From positions 24,659,432 through 24,723,431 of the forward strand of contig NC_092679.1 of NCBI RefSeq assembly GCF_964355755.1: a stretch of DNA of 64,000 nt. The letters run 5' to 3'. Positions 47,757 to 60,400 of this stretch are shown here, piece by piece (the stretch's first letter is position 1; each line of letters begins with the position of its first letter). This DNA is from Antedon mediterranea. Its lineage: Eukaryota > Animalia > Echinodermata. The position numbers and the translations under genes are program-made. The notes below the pieces were generated by a model. It saw nothing but the letters and a program-made list of their open reading frames with translations, did no database searches and was not told the origin of the DNA.

Positions 47757-50700
47757 CTACCATTTCGCTTTGTCATTGGACACTATTAGCCAATCACCTT
47801 CTTGCATACAACCAGATGTAGGCCTATTACATTGGTAACCATCGTCGTCATCATCAAATGCGTCATCATCAAATGTAAAATGGATGCATCCTTCATTTAC
47901 GTTCTTAAACGCTTTACATTCAACTATTCGTATACATTGTAAAGCACAGACCAGGGAGTGTCTTGTAAGTTCTGTATTACTCAGAGAACTTTCGGTGCGA
48001 GATGATTTGAAATATGCCGCATGGACCATTACTGTAAAACATAAACATACTGCTTTATGTAATATCTGGTTAGTAGAGATATTTTTTGATGAACACACGC
48101 AATTATATTGGGAACACTCTTAAGCCCTGTCTACACTATCAAACTTTATGGGAAAAAAAACGTGATGTGCCCATGGACATGATGATGTCATATATCACTA
48201 CCATATTTGGGAAAATCACTTGACTTAAATCGTTGAACCTCAATTCTTTTTAATCGTCAATAAATAATTATCTAACTCAACTTAATTAGTAAATAGGGTT
48301 ACATTAGGTGGTTCAAATTAGTGCCGAACGTACGAACCAACTTTATATACCATCGAGTAAATTAATTCTAGAAGTAACGCGCGATTTACCGATTTTTCCC
48401 TTACATTAAATTTATATATAGATTATATGATATATCTGATATTATGGCCTTGTGTCTGTGGATTTGTTGCAATATTGTTTAAGTAGTCTAAGTCTATTGT
48501 TTTTATTGTGGCTTGAGTTGATTGAACTATCGTTATTATAGAACTTACCATCGGCGGCGGCCGCACATCCAAGAATTTCAAATCGTAAGCTAATATGAGA
48601 GTGCCAATTAGTTGGATGAATACGAACAATCCGGGCGTATACAGCACTTGTAAACATGTTTGTAACTAAAGTGTCTTGATCAAAGTTCCCGGGAAATTCC
48701 TATATAGGAAAAAAAGATTATTATCAGAATCATGGTTGTTCTTGTCATTTTGATGTTGATCAATATCTTACAATAAAACATCCTTTTAGTAAACTAATTT
48801 AACACTTTGACTGCCAGAGGTTTTTTCAGTTAGAAACTGCCACCGCCAGCGTTTTTAGCGCAATTCGATGTTTTTATTAAAGCTGATTGAAACTATGTAT
48901 GTGATCTGATTTACATGTAATTTAGACTAAAATAATCATAAAGATTTTAGCTTTACAATGGTACCAAGAACGATTTTCAAATCGCAATATGTAAATCGTA
49001 ATAGTAAAATGAAAGTAACCCACTTTTTTAGTTTTTCGTAGTTTCGCGCAAGAAAGTCGAGATATTCGCGATTTTGTGCAAGACATCACAATGATGAAAA
49101 TATCGCCCGGTGAGATCACCAAACAACGAAAAAGTTACTTACACGGCACCGATAGGCCTATAAAAACAAGTTATCACTATCGAAATATGTATTACATTTT
49201 ATAAATCATAAATCTTACATCAATGTTTCGCCAAAATCCACATAGTAAAGACACCAGGCCTAAATTTGGTCCGGAGCCGTTTTACGACTAGGCTAGGCCT
49301 AGGCTAGCCTAGTACTACGTACTAGCCTAGCTAGTAAACTGATGATAATGTTCATACCATTTCTAAACAAGTTTGTTGCGTTAAACTCGGCCACTTACAG
49401 TGAAACACCAAAACAATTAGGGTATACATACAATAATAAAATTAAAGACTCATATTGAAAAGTCATCCATTATTTTTTATTCAGATAACAAACAAACATG
49501 CCAATCCACATAAACCTTTGTAATGCTTCGTTGACATAGCTAGCGCGCGACCGATACACAATGCGCCAAACTATCGCTGTACGCGCTACTGTGATGCGCG
49601 GTGTATGTTATTTCGACAGGTACCATTTTGACAATCGTTCGTAACCAGATTAGTTACTTTCAAAAAGTAAAATATTCACGGTCCAGACCGAATATAGTGT
49701 CCATATTTATAGTATATACCAATAATTAACCTATCTACCGGATTTCGTAAAAAAAAGCGAAAAACGAAGATCTTCGTGTTTGGCAGTCAAGCGTTGTGTT
49801 TCCAAAAACGAAGATCTTCGTGTTTGGCAGTCAAAGTGTTAAAGGACAGTATATAAAGAGAACACCTTTTTTTTGTGTTATGTAGGATCGACCCACTTTT
49901 ATTTCTTAATCAATAAAATGTTCGTTTACAATGCATTGAGTAATGTAATGATACAATACAATATAACTGACATTAAATAACTTTCAGTACATCTGATATC
50001 TTACTCCTACCATTGCGTTTTATATATAATAGTAAGGAAAGAAGAAGACAAAAAATATTTTCCTCTATGTTATACACTCTTTACACGTTTTTCAATCCTT
50101 AACAATGTACGTATAATTTAACAGGATTCTTTATTTTATAACTCTTTTTATCTCTTTCAGGCAATCAAAAAATAGTTATATTTTACTTTACCTAAATATC
50201 AATTTTATAAACGTTAATTTTATACCTTGCTAAATTGTTACGGTCCATATCTGACCACATTTTTTTTTGCCTTTTCTTTATTTATTAAAAACTCACAATT
50301 GGTTATATCTTCTAACTCAGCAGTAAACATTAACCATGGACATTTTTTAACAAGTCTAAGTCTATGACTGACTTTACTTTTATAAACACAGAAAGTTAAA
50401 ATGGAAAATATTTCATTAATTTTGACATCATATTTTCCAAGTACAATTTTCTCCCATGTAACTTCCTGAGTAAATGCAAAACATGTTTTCAGCATAGCGC
50501 AATATTTTACCCAGCAATGTTTTACTTCTTTGCATGTAAATAACATGCTTTTCATTTTCAATCTCCTCATTACAGTATTCACAATAATTACAGTTGGACA
50601 AATTCCATAATTTTAGCTTACACTTAGTTGGTAATATTTTATGTAGCAACTTAAAATTAAAGAAAGCCACTCTTTTTATGTGCAACATACTCTTAACTTT

Positions 50701-53700
50701 GTTTTTCCAACATAGATTCCAGTCTATAAAACAATTTTGAAGTTGGTTTCCCCATTTATCTTGTGCTTTTGGTATGCACGCTTTATATGCTACATCGGTA
50801 AAAGTGGAATAGATTTGTTTGGCAGTTGTATAATTTAATTTGAAGTAACATTAACATTTTTCTCTATTGTATCAACCTCTTTATGTATAAAACAATAGGG
50901 TTTCTCAACCACTATAACTTTCCAGCTTCTCGGAATAGCGTCAATTAGTACCATATACTGTATATTAAAAATGCATTTCCCTTCGTTTCAACAGTGGAGT
51001 TATTTCATTAATATGCTTAAATCTAGACTTACCCATAATATCTCCTACTGTTTTTAGTCGCGTGGAAGCGACTCTATAGTTTACTATGTCGGTCGGTCGG
51101 TCTGTCGGTCTGTCGGTCCGGTATCACTATGCGTTTTATCGCTTTCTGACCTTATCTTGATATCAGTTTAATCTAGCTAAGTCAATTTTTCACAGTATAT
51201 TCCTTATGGCCAGGAATCGATGTGGTTATGTTTTCACGGTGCGCAATAAAAAATTACGCGGTCTACGCACGATTTAACGAAATCACGTTTGTAATCATAT
51301 CTTCACAACCATGAATCACAATTAAATAAAATTTGGTACTCATAAATTTCAGGGCATAAATCATCATATGGCAATACAATTACGTGCGTAGCGCATGTAA
51401 CGCATGCGTACGGGCGCTTAAAATTTTCAAAATTTATTTTCGACGAAATAAGAGTACGTTTCAGGCAATTTTAAGCGTTTACAAAATTGCCATGAGTGCG
51501 CCGATTTTTGCGCGCGCACTGCGCGTTAAATGTTGTTGCGCACTCTTTTTGCCCGATTTCTGTTTTCTTGACTTACTTTTCAACTCGAAATTACGTTATA
51601 CGAGCACGTCAAAAGTGACAGGCTACGCACGTGTAAATTTAAAAAATATAACTGTTTTTAAACATTTCAACATTTTTAAACATGTTCAGTAATTTCGGTC
51701 AGTTGGTAGGTTGGTCGGTCAGTCGGTAAACACTAAGCACGCGACTGCAGCCATCTATATGGCCTTGTTATACCTGAATTAACCCAAGATTTACAGAATA
51801 GTGATTTTTTTGTTATGCATGACATATATTCTCCCATAACCTCTGAGTTATTATTTCAACATTGAGGTTTTTTAGCATAAATATTATTAAACCGTATGCA
51901 GGCTTTAAGCATATTTATATAGAATGTATTCACACATTTGAGTGCATTATGCTTCTCAAAGTTTGCTTCCGTCATACTTAATATATAATCTTATTGGATA
52001 TAAATTGTATAATGGAATACATTTCCACTTTCCTGGATCCGGGCTTAGCAAACGTTTTACCCAACCTAAACTTTAAAGATTCAATCATAGAGTTAAAGTC
52101 AATCATTTTAACTCCACCATTTCAATGTTTTGTATCAGAGTATTTCTTTTTATTTTTTCTTTATTACCACTCTATAAAAAGTTGTATAAAATCTTGTTTA
52201 TTTCAGGAATAATAGATTTTGGCAAGTCTGCGTGACACTTGCATTATAAATAAGTTTTGATAACGCTAGTGTTTTAATTACCGTGATTTTCCCAAAGAAT
52301 GATATTTTTCTTTTTTCCCAAGTTTTAAGGATCTTTTTTAGATTTTCAATTTTCTCATACCAATTTTTTGTATTACAAATTTATATCCTTATCATAACCA
52401 ATGTAATTACCTAGAAACTTAATAGGTTCTTGATTAAAGGTAATGTTGCAAGAGTTACTAATTTTCTCTTTATCGCAACAAATCCACATTCCCCTTTTCT
52501 TGGATTTATTTAGCATCAGACCTGAAATTTCACAAAAACAATCTATTTCGTTAAAATAACATTGTATGGCTTTTTCATTCTTTGCAAAAATCACAGTATC
52601 TGACGGCAATTTGATACCTTTACACAAATGATTATTTCTTATATTGGTTACCATAACTTCGACTACTAAAATAAATAAAAGCGCTGAGAGTGGACAACCT
52701 TGACGGATTCCTCTATTCATTAAAACACCTTCTGACATCCATCCATTATTTACAATGTAACTTTCAGTATCGTTTAACCCATTGTATAAATTGAATACCA
52801 AAACCAAATTTTTCTGTAGTTTTAAACATAAAATATCTGCCTACAGAATCAAAGGCTTTTTCAAAATCTATAAAAATCAAAGCACCTTCTTGTTTATGTA
52901 CGTCACTATAATTAAGTAAATCTTCTATTAATCTATCTTATGCTTTCACCAGAGAACCTGCCTTTGATATATCTCTTTTGATCATTATTAATTATGGAGC
53001 TAATGACCGAATGTAAACTATTGGCTAACACTTGTGCAATAATCTTATAATCAATATTCAAAAGAGTAATAGGTCTCCAATTATAAAGCTTCTCTCTTTC
53101 ACCTTTTTTATACAGTAATGAAATAATACCTTTACGTTGCGAAGATGTCAGTTTTTTATTCAAGAAACTGAAGTTAACAGAATCACACAATAAATTGCCT
53201 AAGGAATCCCAGAATGTGCGATAAAATTCGTCTGTTAGCCCATCTGTACCAAGACTTTCATTTAACTTCATGTTCAAAAGAGCCATTTTACATTTATAAT
53301 GTATTAACATACCTTCACATTTTTGCTTTTCTTCAAAAGACAGTGTATTGATTTTAGTATTAGGCCTACCAAAATAACTATTAATATTTTCCTGTTTCGA
53401 AGGGGTTTCTTTATACAATTCTTTGAAAAACCTAACTTGCTCGTTAAGAATTTCTTTGGTGTTTGTAGTAATTTTCCCATTAGGTTTAAGAACTGACGTA
53501 ATATGTTTTTTCTTAGCCTTGTTTTTTTCTAAACCTAAAAAGAACTTTTCAATCCATTCTACTCGAGCCGTAATTTGTGCTTTATTCTCCAAAAAACTAT
53601 TGTTGAATTTCCAAGTTCCAGGTCCTTTTTATTCATGACTATTTATAATTTTCAATGAAATAGCTTGATGGTCTGAAAGAACAGAAGGTCTGATATCGGT

Positions 53701-55690
53701 GTCAATAACATCACCATGTTTGTATAATACACTAGATATCAGCCAGTAATCTAACCTTCTATATGTATTTTTACGTCGCCAAGTAAATTGGGTTTTTGTT
53801 TCATGACATATTCTCCAAATATCACAGAGCTTTGATTTATTAATACATTTTTTTACAATTGCAGGAGATTTGTCATAGCTTAGATACAGGCTGTTTCTTT
53901 GGTCAGCATTATGTTGTAAAACACAATTCATGTCACCTCCCCCTCCCCCCCCCCCCCCCACCATTATTATATACTCATCTGTAAAATTGCAAGGATTATC
54001 AATTTTCTTGTCAAGCTTCTTGAAAAAAATTGCTCTCTCTTTATAGTTATTTGGTGCATATACATTTATTCTTAAGTAATATACCAAGTATAATAATTCT
54101 TCCATCTTCGTCAGAATACTTATTTATGAATGATTTCTTTTACATCTAAACCTTTCTTAAATAAAATGGATACTCCTCTACTATTGGTCGTTCCATAACT
54201 ATGGTACGATCTACCTTTCCAATCTGCATCAAATATATGAATTGATTTTTTTATCAAAATGAGTTTCTTGTAATAAAATAATATATAATATAATATAATA
54301 TATAGGAGCATTCTATAAAGAGAACACTTAAAACCATTGTCTGATAAATGATAGACAATTTAAGTATTTTGTACTTTAAATTGCATTTTTGTTTTCAGGT
54401 AATAATATAATAATAATAATAATAATAATATATATAAATAATAATTTTTGTCGATCAACACAAATGTTTAAACAATTAATTTTTAGGAGGACAACATTTA
54501 ATCGGAGCATTTGCGTAGAGTTGAACTATGGCAACTGTTGAATAAATCATAATCTCTAGAGAATAAATTTAAAGGACAACTTGACCGAGGACCATATTTT
54601 TACAACGTATAGGGATGTACATAATTATGATTTCAGAACATTCGCGAGATTAAGAATATCGCCGCACGCTTTCGCCGTACAGCCGTCGCCATAAATTACT
54701 GTGACGTCACAGGTGCATCGCAAAATCTACACAATGAGTCCAGCTAAGCAAAAGAAACAATTAAAAAAATCAACATTTATATTTTTTACGATTTAATTAC
54801 AAAGTATGTTTACTAGATATTTTCGCGATTTTCCAGAAAACTCAATGAGCGTACGAATTAATAGGTTAACTTACCGTAACTTGACCATACGAATTAGTTA
54901 CTGCATCAAACATGTTGTTATCTACACTGTAAAATACTTCATAAGCGGTAACCCATTGATTGAAACGGTTTCTACCTTGAGTAATGACACCTGTGATTGT
55001 TTTCACAGAAATCAAATCGACTTGGATCCATTGGTTTTGATCATTATATAAAGCTGACCAAGCCCCTGTCCCACTCGAGTCTGCTAGAGTGTTGAGTCTT
55101 GCACGTTGGGATCCATGAAATGAATTCCATTCACTTGATGCTGCCAGGTTCTCCGTTAAAACAGACTTATCTTCAATACCAAGTGGCTCGGTGCAAGATT
55201 CTATAAAAACATGTGCATTGAAACATTATTTTATCAAATATTTCAGAGAAACTTTTGTATACTTATCAGGGGCGGTCGCATCAATTGAATTCCATTCACT
55301 TGATGCTATACCAGGTTCTCCGTTAGAACAGACTTCGCCAATACCAAATGGCTATAAAAACATGTGCATTAAAATATTAACTTTGATTTCTTTGTAACAC
55401 CCTGTATGGATAATTGTTTATCTCATTTACATATTGTTGAATAGTTATAATTGTTTTCCTCTGGAATTATTGTTCATTCCTGATGATCAAATAAAGATCG
55501 AAACGTTGAATCATGGCTTGCCTTTTGTTATTTGGAGTCATAGTTTTATAGGAATATTATTTTATCAAATATTTCAGAGAAGCTTTTCTCTATATAAATA
55601 AATATAAAACAAAAACTTACCAGCCATTGCTTGGTGAAGATTAGTTATTTCCAAAAGGCATAGACATAAGACAAAAATAAACAACATCAT
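47757..55690 (-). CDS. Secreted F5/8 type C (discoidin) domain protein with a C-terminal Cys-rich, PAN/apple-like region; 4 exons, about 273 aa
   Basis: Exons 55690-55621 (signal peptide MMLFIFVLCLCLLEITNLHQAMA), 55200-54875 (CTEPLGIED..ASSEW..RARLN..GAWSA..NQWIQVDL..ITGVITQGR..QWVTAYEV), 48699-48549 (FPGNFDQDT..ARIVRIHPTNWHSHISLRFEILGC), 48031-47757 (CALQCIRIVECKAF..GC). Phases consistent, 822 nt. The 3' end is less certain (possible donor at 47760). Confidence 0.85.
48803..49838. mobile_element. piggyBac-type MITE
   Basis: TTAA|CACTTTGACTGCCA ... TGGCAGTCAAAGTG|TTAA; duplicated subterminal AAAAACGAAGATCTTCGTGTTTGGCAGTCAA. Confidence 0.9.
49950..54350 (-). mobile_element. Decayed L1/Tx1-clade LINE ORF2 (endonuclease, RT, zf-RVT)
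   Basis: EN: SYGTTNSRGVSILF, INVYAPN, GGDMN, DIWR, FTW, RLDYWLIS, SDHQAI. RT: GTDGLTDEFYRTFW, NWRPITLLNIDYKII, RGIRQGCPLSALLF. C-terminus: FNFKLLHKILPT..CEYC..ENEKHV. Many frameshifts; boundaries approximate. Confidence 0.9.
51056..51768 (+). mobile_element. Helentron-like (DINE-1/HINE-type) element inserted in the LINE
   Basis: 5' TTTTTAGTCGCGTGGAAGCGACT, (GTCG/GTCT)n microsatellite, 3' sub-TIR CACGCGACT, hairpin GCCAT-CTAT-ATGGC, end CTTGTT. Confidence 0.8.
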
Positions 55691-56445
55691 GCGAAGAACA
55701 AAGTGAAATGTAATGATTCATAATGCATGACGATATTTGCTAGATACCAATTAGGATATCAGTCACAATACCACCGTATAACTGAAGAATATTAAATCGA
55801 TATTTCTAGATAACTTTATTAAGAGTAAACAATGTCACGGAGACCATATTTGTCTAATAATTGAACACGCACTTATAATAACAGTAATGATAATAGTAAT
55901 ATATTGTATTCCTCATAAGTGTTTTTTATTAATAATTATCGACTGAATTCGACCGAAAATAATATTGACGACATTAGTTTTCAATTTATATGAGAGTGAG
56001 AACGTGTGGCAGACAACGAAAATATAATCATCATCATAATCATGCGTCTTTGTGGATATTATGTACGCTTTAGAAATCTTATCTTATGAGGACCTAGCAG
56101 CTCTATTTTTTTTAAATGTGTGTGACTGTAGGAATCGCAAAGATAGCTTACCTATTTCCTAGATTAACCCTCTAAATATATCTCTTACAATAAAAAAAAA
56201 ATATTTATTTTCCATAAAAAAAAACTCCGTAGAGATTCGAACCCAAGCTAGAGCTGAGAGAGCACTTAAATTAGAGCATTACCCGTTATTCCACAAAGTA
56301 GGCCTACATGATGACTGAACAGCTGACAATAGTCTATTTATACGCGCATCATATTACGTAATTCATTGTTACTTCATGAATATGCATATTCATCTACGTT
56401 ATCTTGAGAAAACAAAGCTTGTATTAACCTTTTTATGAACAAGTA

Positions 56446-56700
56446 GACCGGTTAGCTCAGCCAACTGAGCCTCGTGCAAAACGATTAATGTCGTGGGTTC
56501 GAGTCCCACGCCGCTCTGGTGGAATAGAGTTGAAGCTATGTGAGCTACTGTGTTTGGGGTTCACAGAATTATAGCTACGTCCCCCTTTCCACCACACATC
56601 ATGAGGCAGCAACATCAATGCATCTGGTGATGTGGTGGAAACGACCCCAAAAGACTGTGGCAGGGCCTTAGAGCTGTCGAGGCAGGGGCACAAAATAACA
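56446..56700 (+). mobile_element. tRNA-derived SINE
   Basis: GACCGGTTAGCTCAG (A box) ... GTGGGTTCGAGTCCCAC (B box/T arm), followed by about 180 bp of non-tRNA body containing the hairpin TTTCCACCACA..TGTGGTGGAAA. No full cloverleaf. Confidence 0.7.
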
Positions 56701-57461
56701 TCTTTTTTTTCTGTGTAACCCTAAAGCACGTCTGGAAGAAGAGACTAAAAAAGGTGGAACTTTTGTTGCCGTAGAGGGTGCAATTTATGTATAAAAGGTC
56801 GTTTTGTACACATGAAGAGGTCAAATGGCTAACATTGTGTTGCGCGAATTTTGATTTTAAAGTAGGCCTAGGGCCTAGGCTAGGCTAGCTTCAAAATAGA
56901 AGGTATTTTATTAACTAATTTAGCTCTAAATTAAATAAGCTTTAATCCGGGCTTAGTCTAAGCCTATATAATGATAAAATATAATAGTAGCTAGAACGGA
57001 TCGATCCCCTCTATCTAGTAGTAGGCTAGCTAGCTAGACTAGAGCCTAGGCCAGGCTACTACAGGCCTAGAATAGATAGTAGTAGGCTAGAACTAGGAAG
57101 GATAGGGCCTATAGCTAGCTAAATAAGCCTAGCTAGTAGGCGTACCCCATGCCTAATTACTATTAGCTAGGCCAAGGCCTAGACTAGAAGAATCAAAACA
57201 AAGTTTATTTCCCCTTTCCCCGTACTAGCTAGATCTAGGCCTAGAGTAGGTACTATCCTAGGCCTGCTACAGTAGGCCCCTAGCCTAGTAGTAGGGATGT
57301 CAACAATAATGTACATTTGGTCGATCCTCGTATCATTATTGTTAGTAAGTAGGGCCTCAAAAAAATTGGAAAAAATATCTTTAATAATAACAATTGTGAA
57401 ACGTAAATGTGTTTTTTATTATTTTATTATTAATAGATTTTAAAATGATGAAATTTAGAAA

Positions 57462-60400
57462 ATGAAGAAAGTTCAGTCAACCTTATTTCAGAGCTGGGGA
57501 ACAAATCCGTCTGTCTGTCCGTCTGGCCATTCCTCAAATCCGTCTGGCCATTCCTCAAATCCGTCTGGCCATTCCTCAAATCCGTCTGGCCATTCCTCAA
57601 ATTCTAAAACATCAAGTGAATGCTTTGATGACGCTGAAAATATTAATGACCTTGATGATGAAACGTTACTGGCAGCGTGCCAAAAATGGGACAACAGTGA
57701 CTCTTCTAAACAAACACAAGGCACCCCATTGGAAGATCTACCAGGGTTTGATACATCATCTGGACACATTTGGATCTATCCAACAAACCTGCCTGTTCGT
57801 GACTACCAGTTTAACATTGTTGAACAGTCTCTTTTCAAGAATACATTGGTAACATTACCAACTGGTTTGGGTAAAACTTTCATTGCAGCGGTTGTTATGT
57901 ATAATTTCTATCGATGGTATCCATCTGGGAAGATTGTTTTCATGGCACCAACAAAACCACTGGTAGCTCAGCAAATTGAAGCTTGTTATAATATAATGGG
58001 AATACCACAAAATCACACTGCAGAAATGACAGGTATAAAACAGATCTGGATTGTAAACTCTTCCTTTTAACATAGTACCATATTTGTTTGTTAAACCAGG
58101 AATCATAACTCTTGTCACTTCCCATTGATTAGTAACTGATTTGATTTCACAGTCCAATTTGCTATGACCAATTCCACATTATCATTAGGGATAAGTCATT
58201 CCTTTTTTTAACTAATATTCTTTTTATTTTTGTTATATAATAATAATTTTTTCCTCTTTGTTCTATGTTTATTATGTATGTTTGTGTATTTTGAATGGAA
58301 ATAAGGAAAAAAAGAGATAATAATAATAATACAGTACTAAAAGTGTCAACATGTTTTATGTATATACAGGGAGCATGCATCCACCAGAGAGAAAGCAAGT
58401 TTGGCAGTCAAGAAGGATATTCTTCCTCACACCTCAAGTACTCATGAATGATTTAAGCCGTAAAGCTTGCCCTGCTCATCTTGTTAAATGTTTGGTTGTA
58501 GATGAAGCTCATAAGGCCCTGGGAAATCATTCTTACTGTCAAGTATGTATACCTCACATAAAAGACAGACTTTGCCCTATTTGTATTGTTGATATGTGTA
58601 AAGCATTCAATTGATTATTGTTTTCTTGGCAGGTAGTGAGGGAGCTTTCCAAGTACACAATAAACTTTAGAGTCCTGGCTTTAAGTGCAACTCCAGGCAC
58701 TGATCTTAAGGTACGTTATACCATGTTTAACTCCTTCAAATACATTTTGTTATAGTTACATCTAGTACCGTTTGTTTGTACCAAAGTGTTATTGATTGCA
58801 ATGATTTTTTTTTTCTCGATCCAGTTTTTGGTCAAATTTAATAACTATTATGTGGCATTAAAATGGCATATTAAAAAAAAAATGTAAAAATATTTTTTCA
58901 CGGGGACAACATATCTTTAACAAAAAAAATTTCACTTTTATTATGTATACTGTAGGCTGTACAGCAGGTAATAAGCAATCTACAGATATCACATATTGAA
59001 ATAAGATCTGAAGAAGCAATAGATATTCAGAAATATGTACACAGCAGGACAATAGACAAGTATGTAGTACCATTGGGAGATGAATTACAGGCTGTTCAAG
59101 ATAAGTACATACAGGTTTGTATTTGGTGTAATAGACCACCTTTTTTTTGTGTGTTTTTTTTTTTATTTCATTCAATTTCAGGTACAAACAACAACATGTG
59201 CAACACCCTGGGGATTGCCATGAATGCTAGCACTATCAAATTGGCAAAACAATAAAAATACATTATATAATTTAAAATAAGATAGATAATAATATGGTAT
59301 AGTCATTGAGTCTGGTTCTTTAACCCTAACAAACATTAGTACAAGAAAAAAAGAAAAAAAAAACAAAATGTGATTACTTAACTTTAAAAAATATCTATTA
59401 ATTGTGGACAGTACTTTAGTGTGACCTGTTTCTTGTTAAGTAATTATGAAACAAGGCAGATGTACTAAATAAATATGACATTTTATTTTTCTATTGCAGA
59501 TTATTAGCTATTATGTTAACAGGCTCAATAATGTCAGGTGTCTATACACAAAGAATGTTAAAACATTGACTAAGTACCAAGTACTGATGTGTCGTGATGC
59601 ATTCAGACAAGACCCTCCTCAAAACATGCAGGTTTGTTTAAAGATATATTGTTTTCTAAACATTTTTTTTCAAATTTGTTTTGGAATATGCCATTTTAAT
59701 GTCACATAATAGTTATTCACTTTAACCAAAACTGGATCGGGAAAAAAATGATTTACCTGAAAAATATTTAATTTAAAGCAAGAAATACGCTGTCGGACAA
59801 GTAAAATAATAATTTGTTGTTTACAGAATATTAAAATGGCCTTTTTAAAGTCAAATTTTTCATGTTTTTGGGGACATTACATCTTTAAAAAAATTGATAA
59901 AGGTAGAAATATTGAATTGTTACAGAGAGCTGAGCAAGGTGTAGCAGAAGGTAACTTTGCTATTCTCATTAGTCTGTACCACGGCTATGAGTTGTTACTT
60001 CAACACGGTATGCATTCACTTCAGTGCTTCCTCACAAGCATGGTTGATGGATCCAAAGGACTATCAAGAGCTAAGACAGAACTTATGCGCAGTCATAACT
60101 TCCAAACCTTGATGCGTGATTTGGAAATGAAATTTAGCGTAGAAAAAGAGACTAATGCTGCTGATAGGTAAGATCGTTGATCATTTTATGCTATACCCTT
60201 ACACACACCAATCTAGCTTGTACTCTATTTTAAACGATGTGTTATCAAATTTTAACCTTTTTTAAAGTCATTTTTATATTTTTATGTGAATTTTTAACTT
60301 TGAACAAACGAAAACAATTTCAAACCATCTACTGTATTTTACTGACATGAATAAATGAATACTGAAAGAAATTGTATTGTATAACTATATTCTGCGAAAT

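Noticed and set aside
56446-56520. Functional tRNA gene
   Set aside because: A and B boxes are present, but there is no clean acceptor or anticodon stem and no adjacent terminator; a SINE-like body follows.
56838-56900. E2F/CHR-like promoter motif (GCGCGAATTTTGA) upstream of FANCM
   Set aside because: Plausible but too short to support without TSS data.
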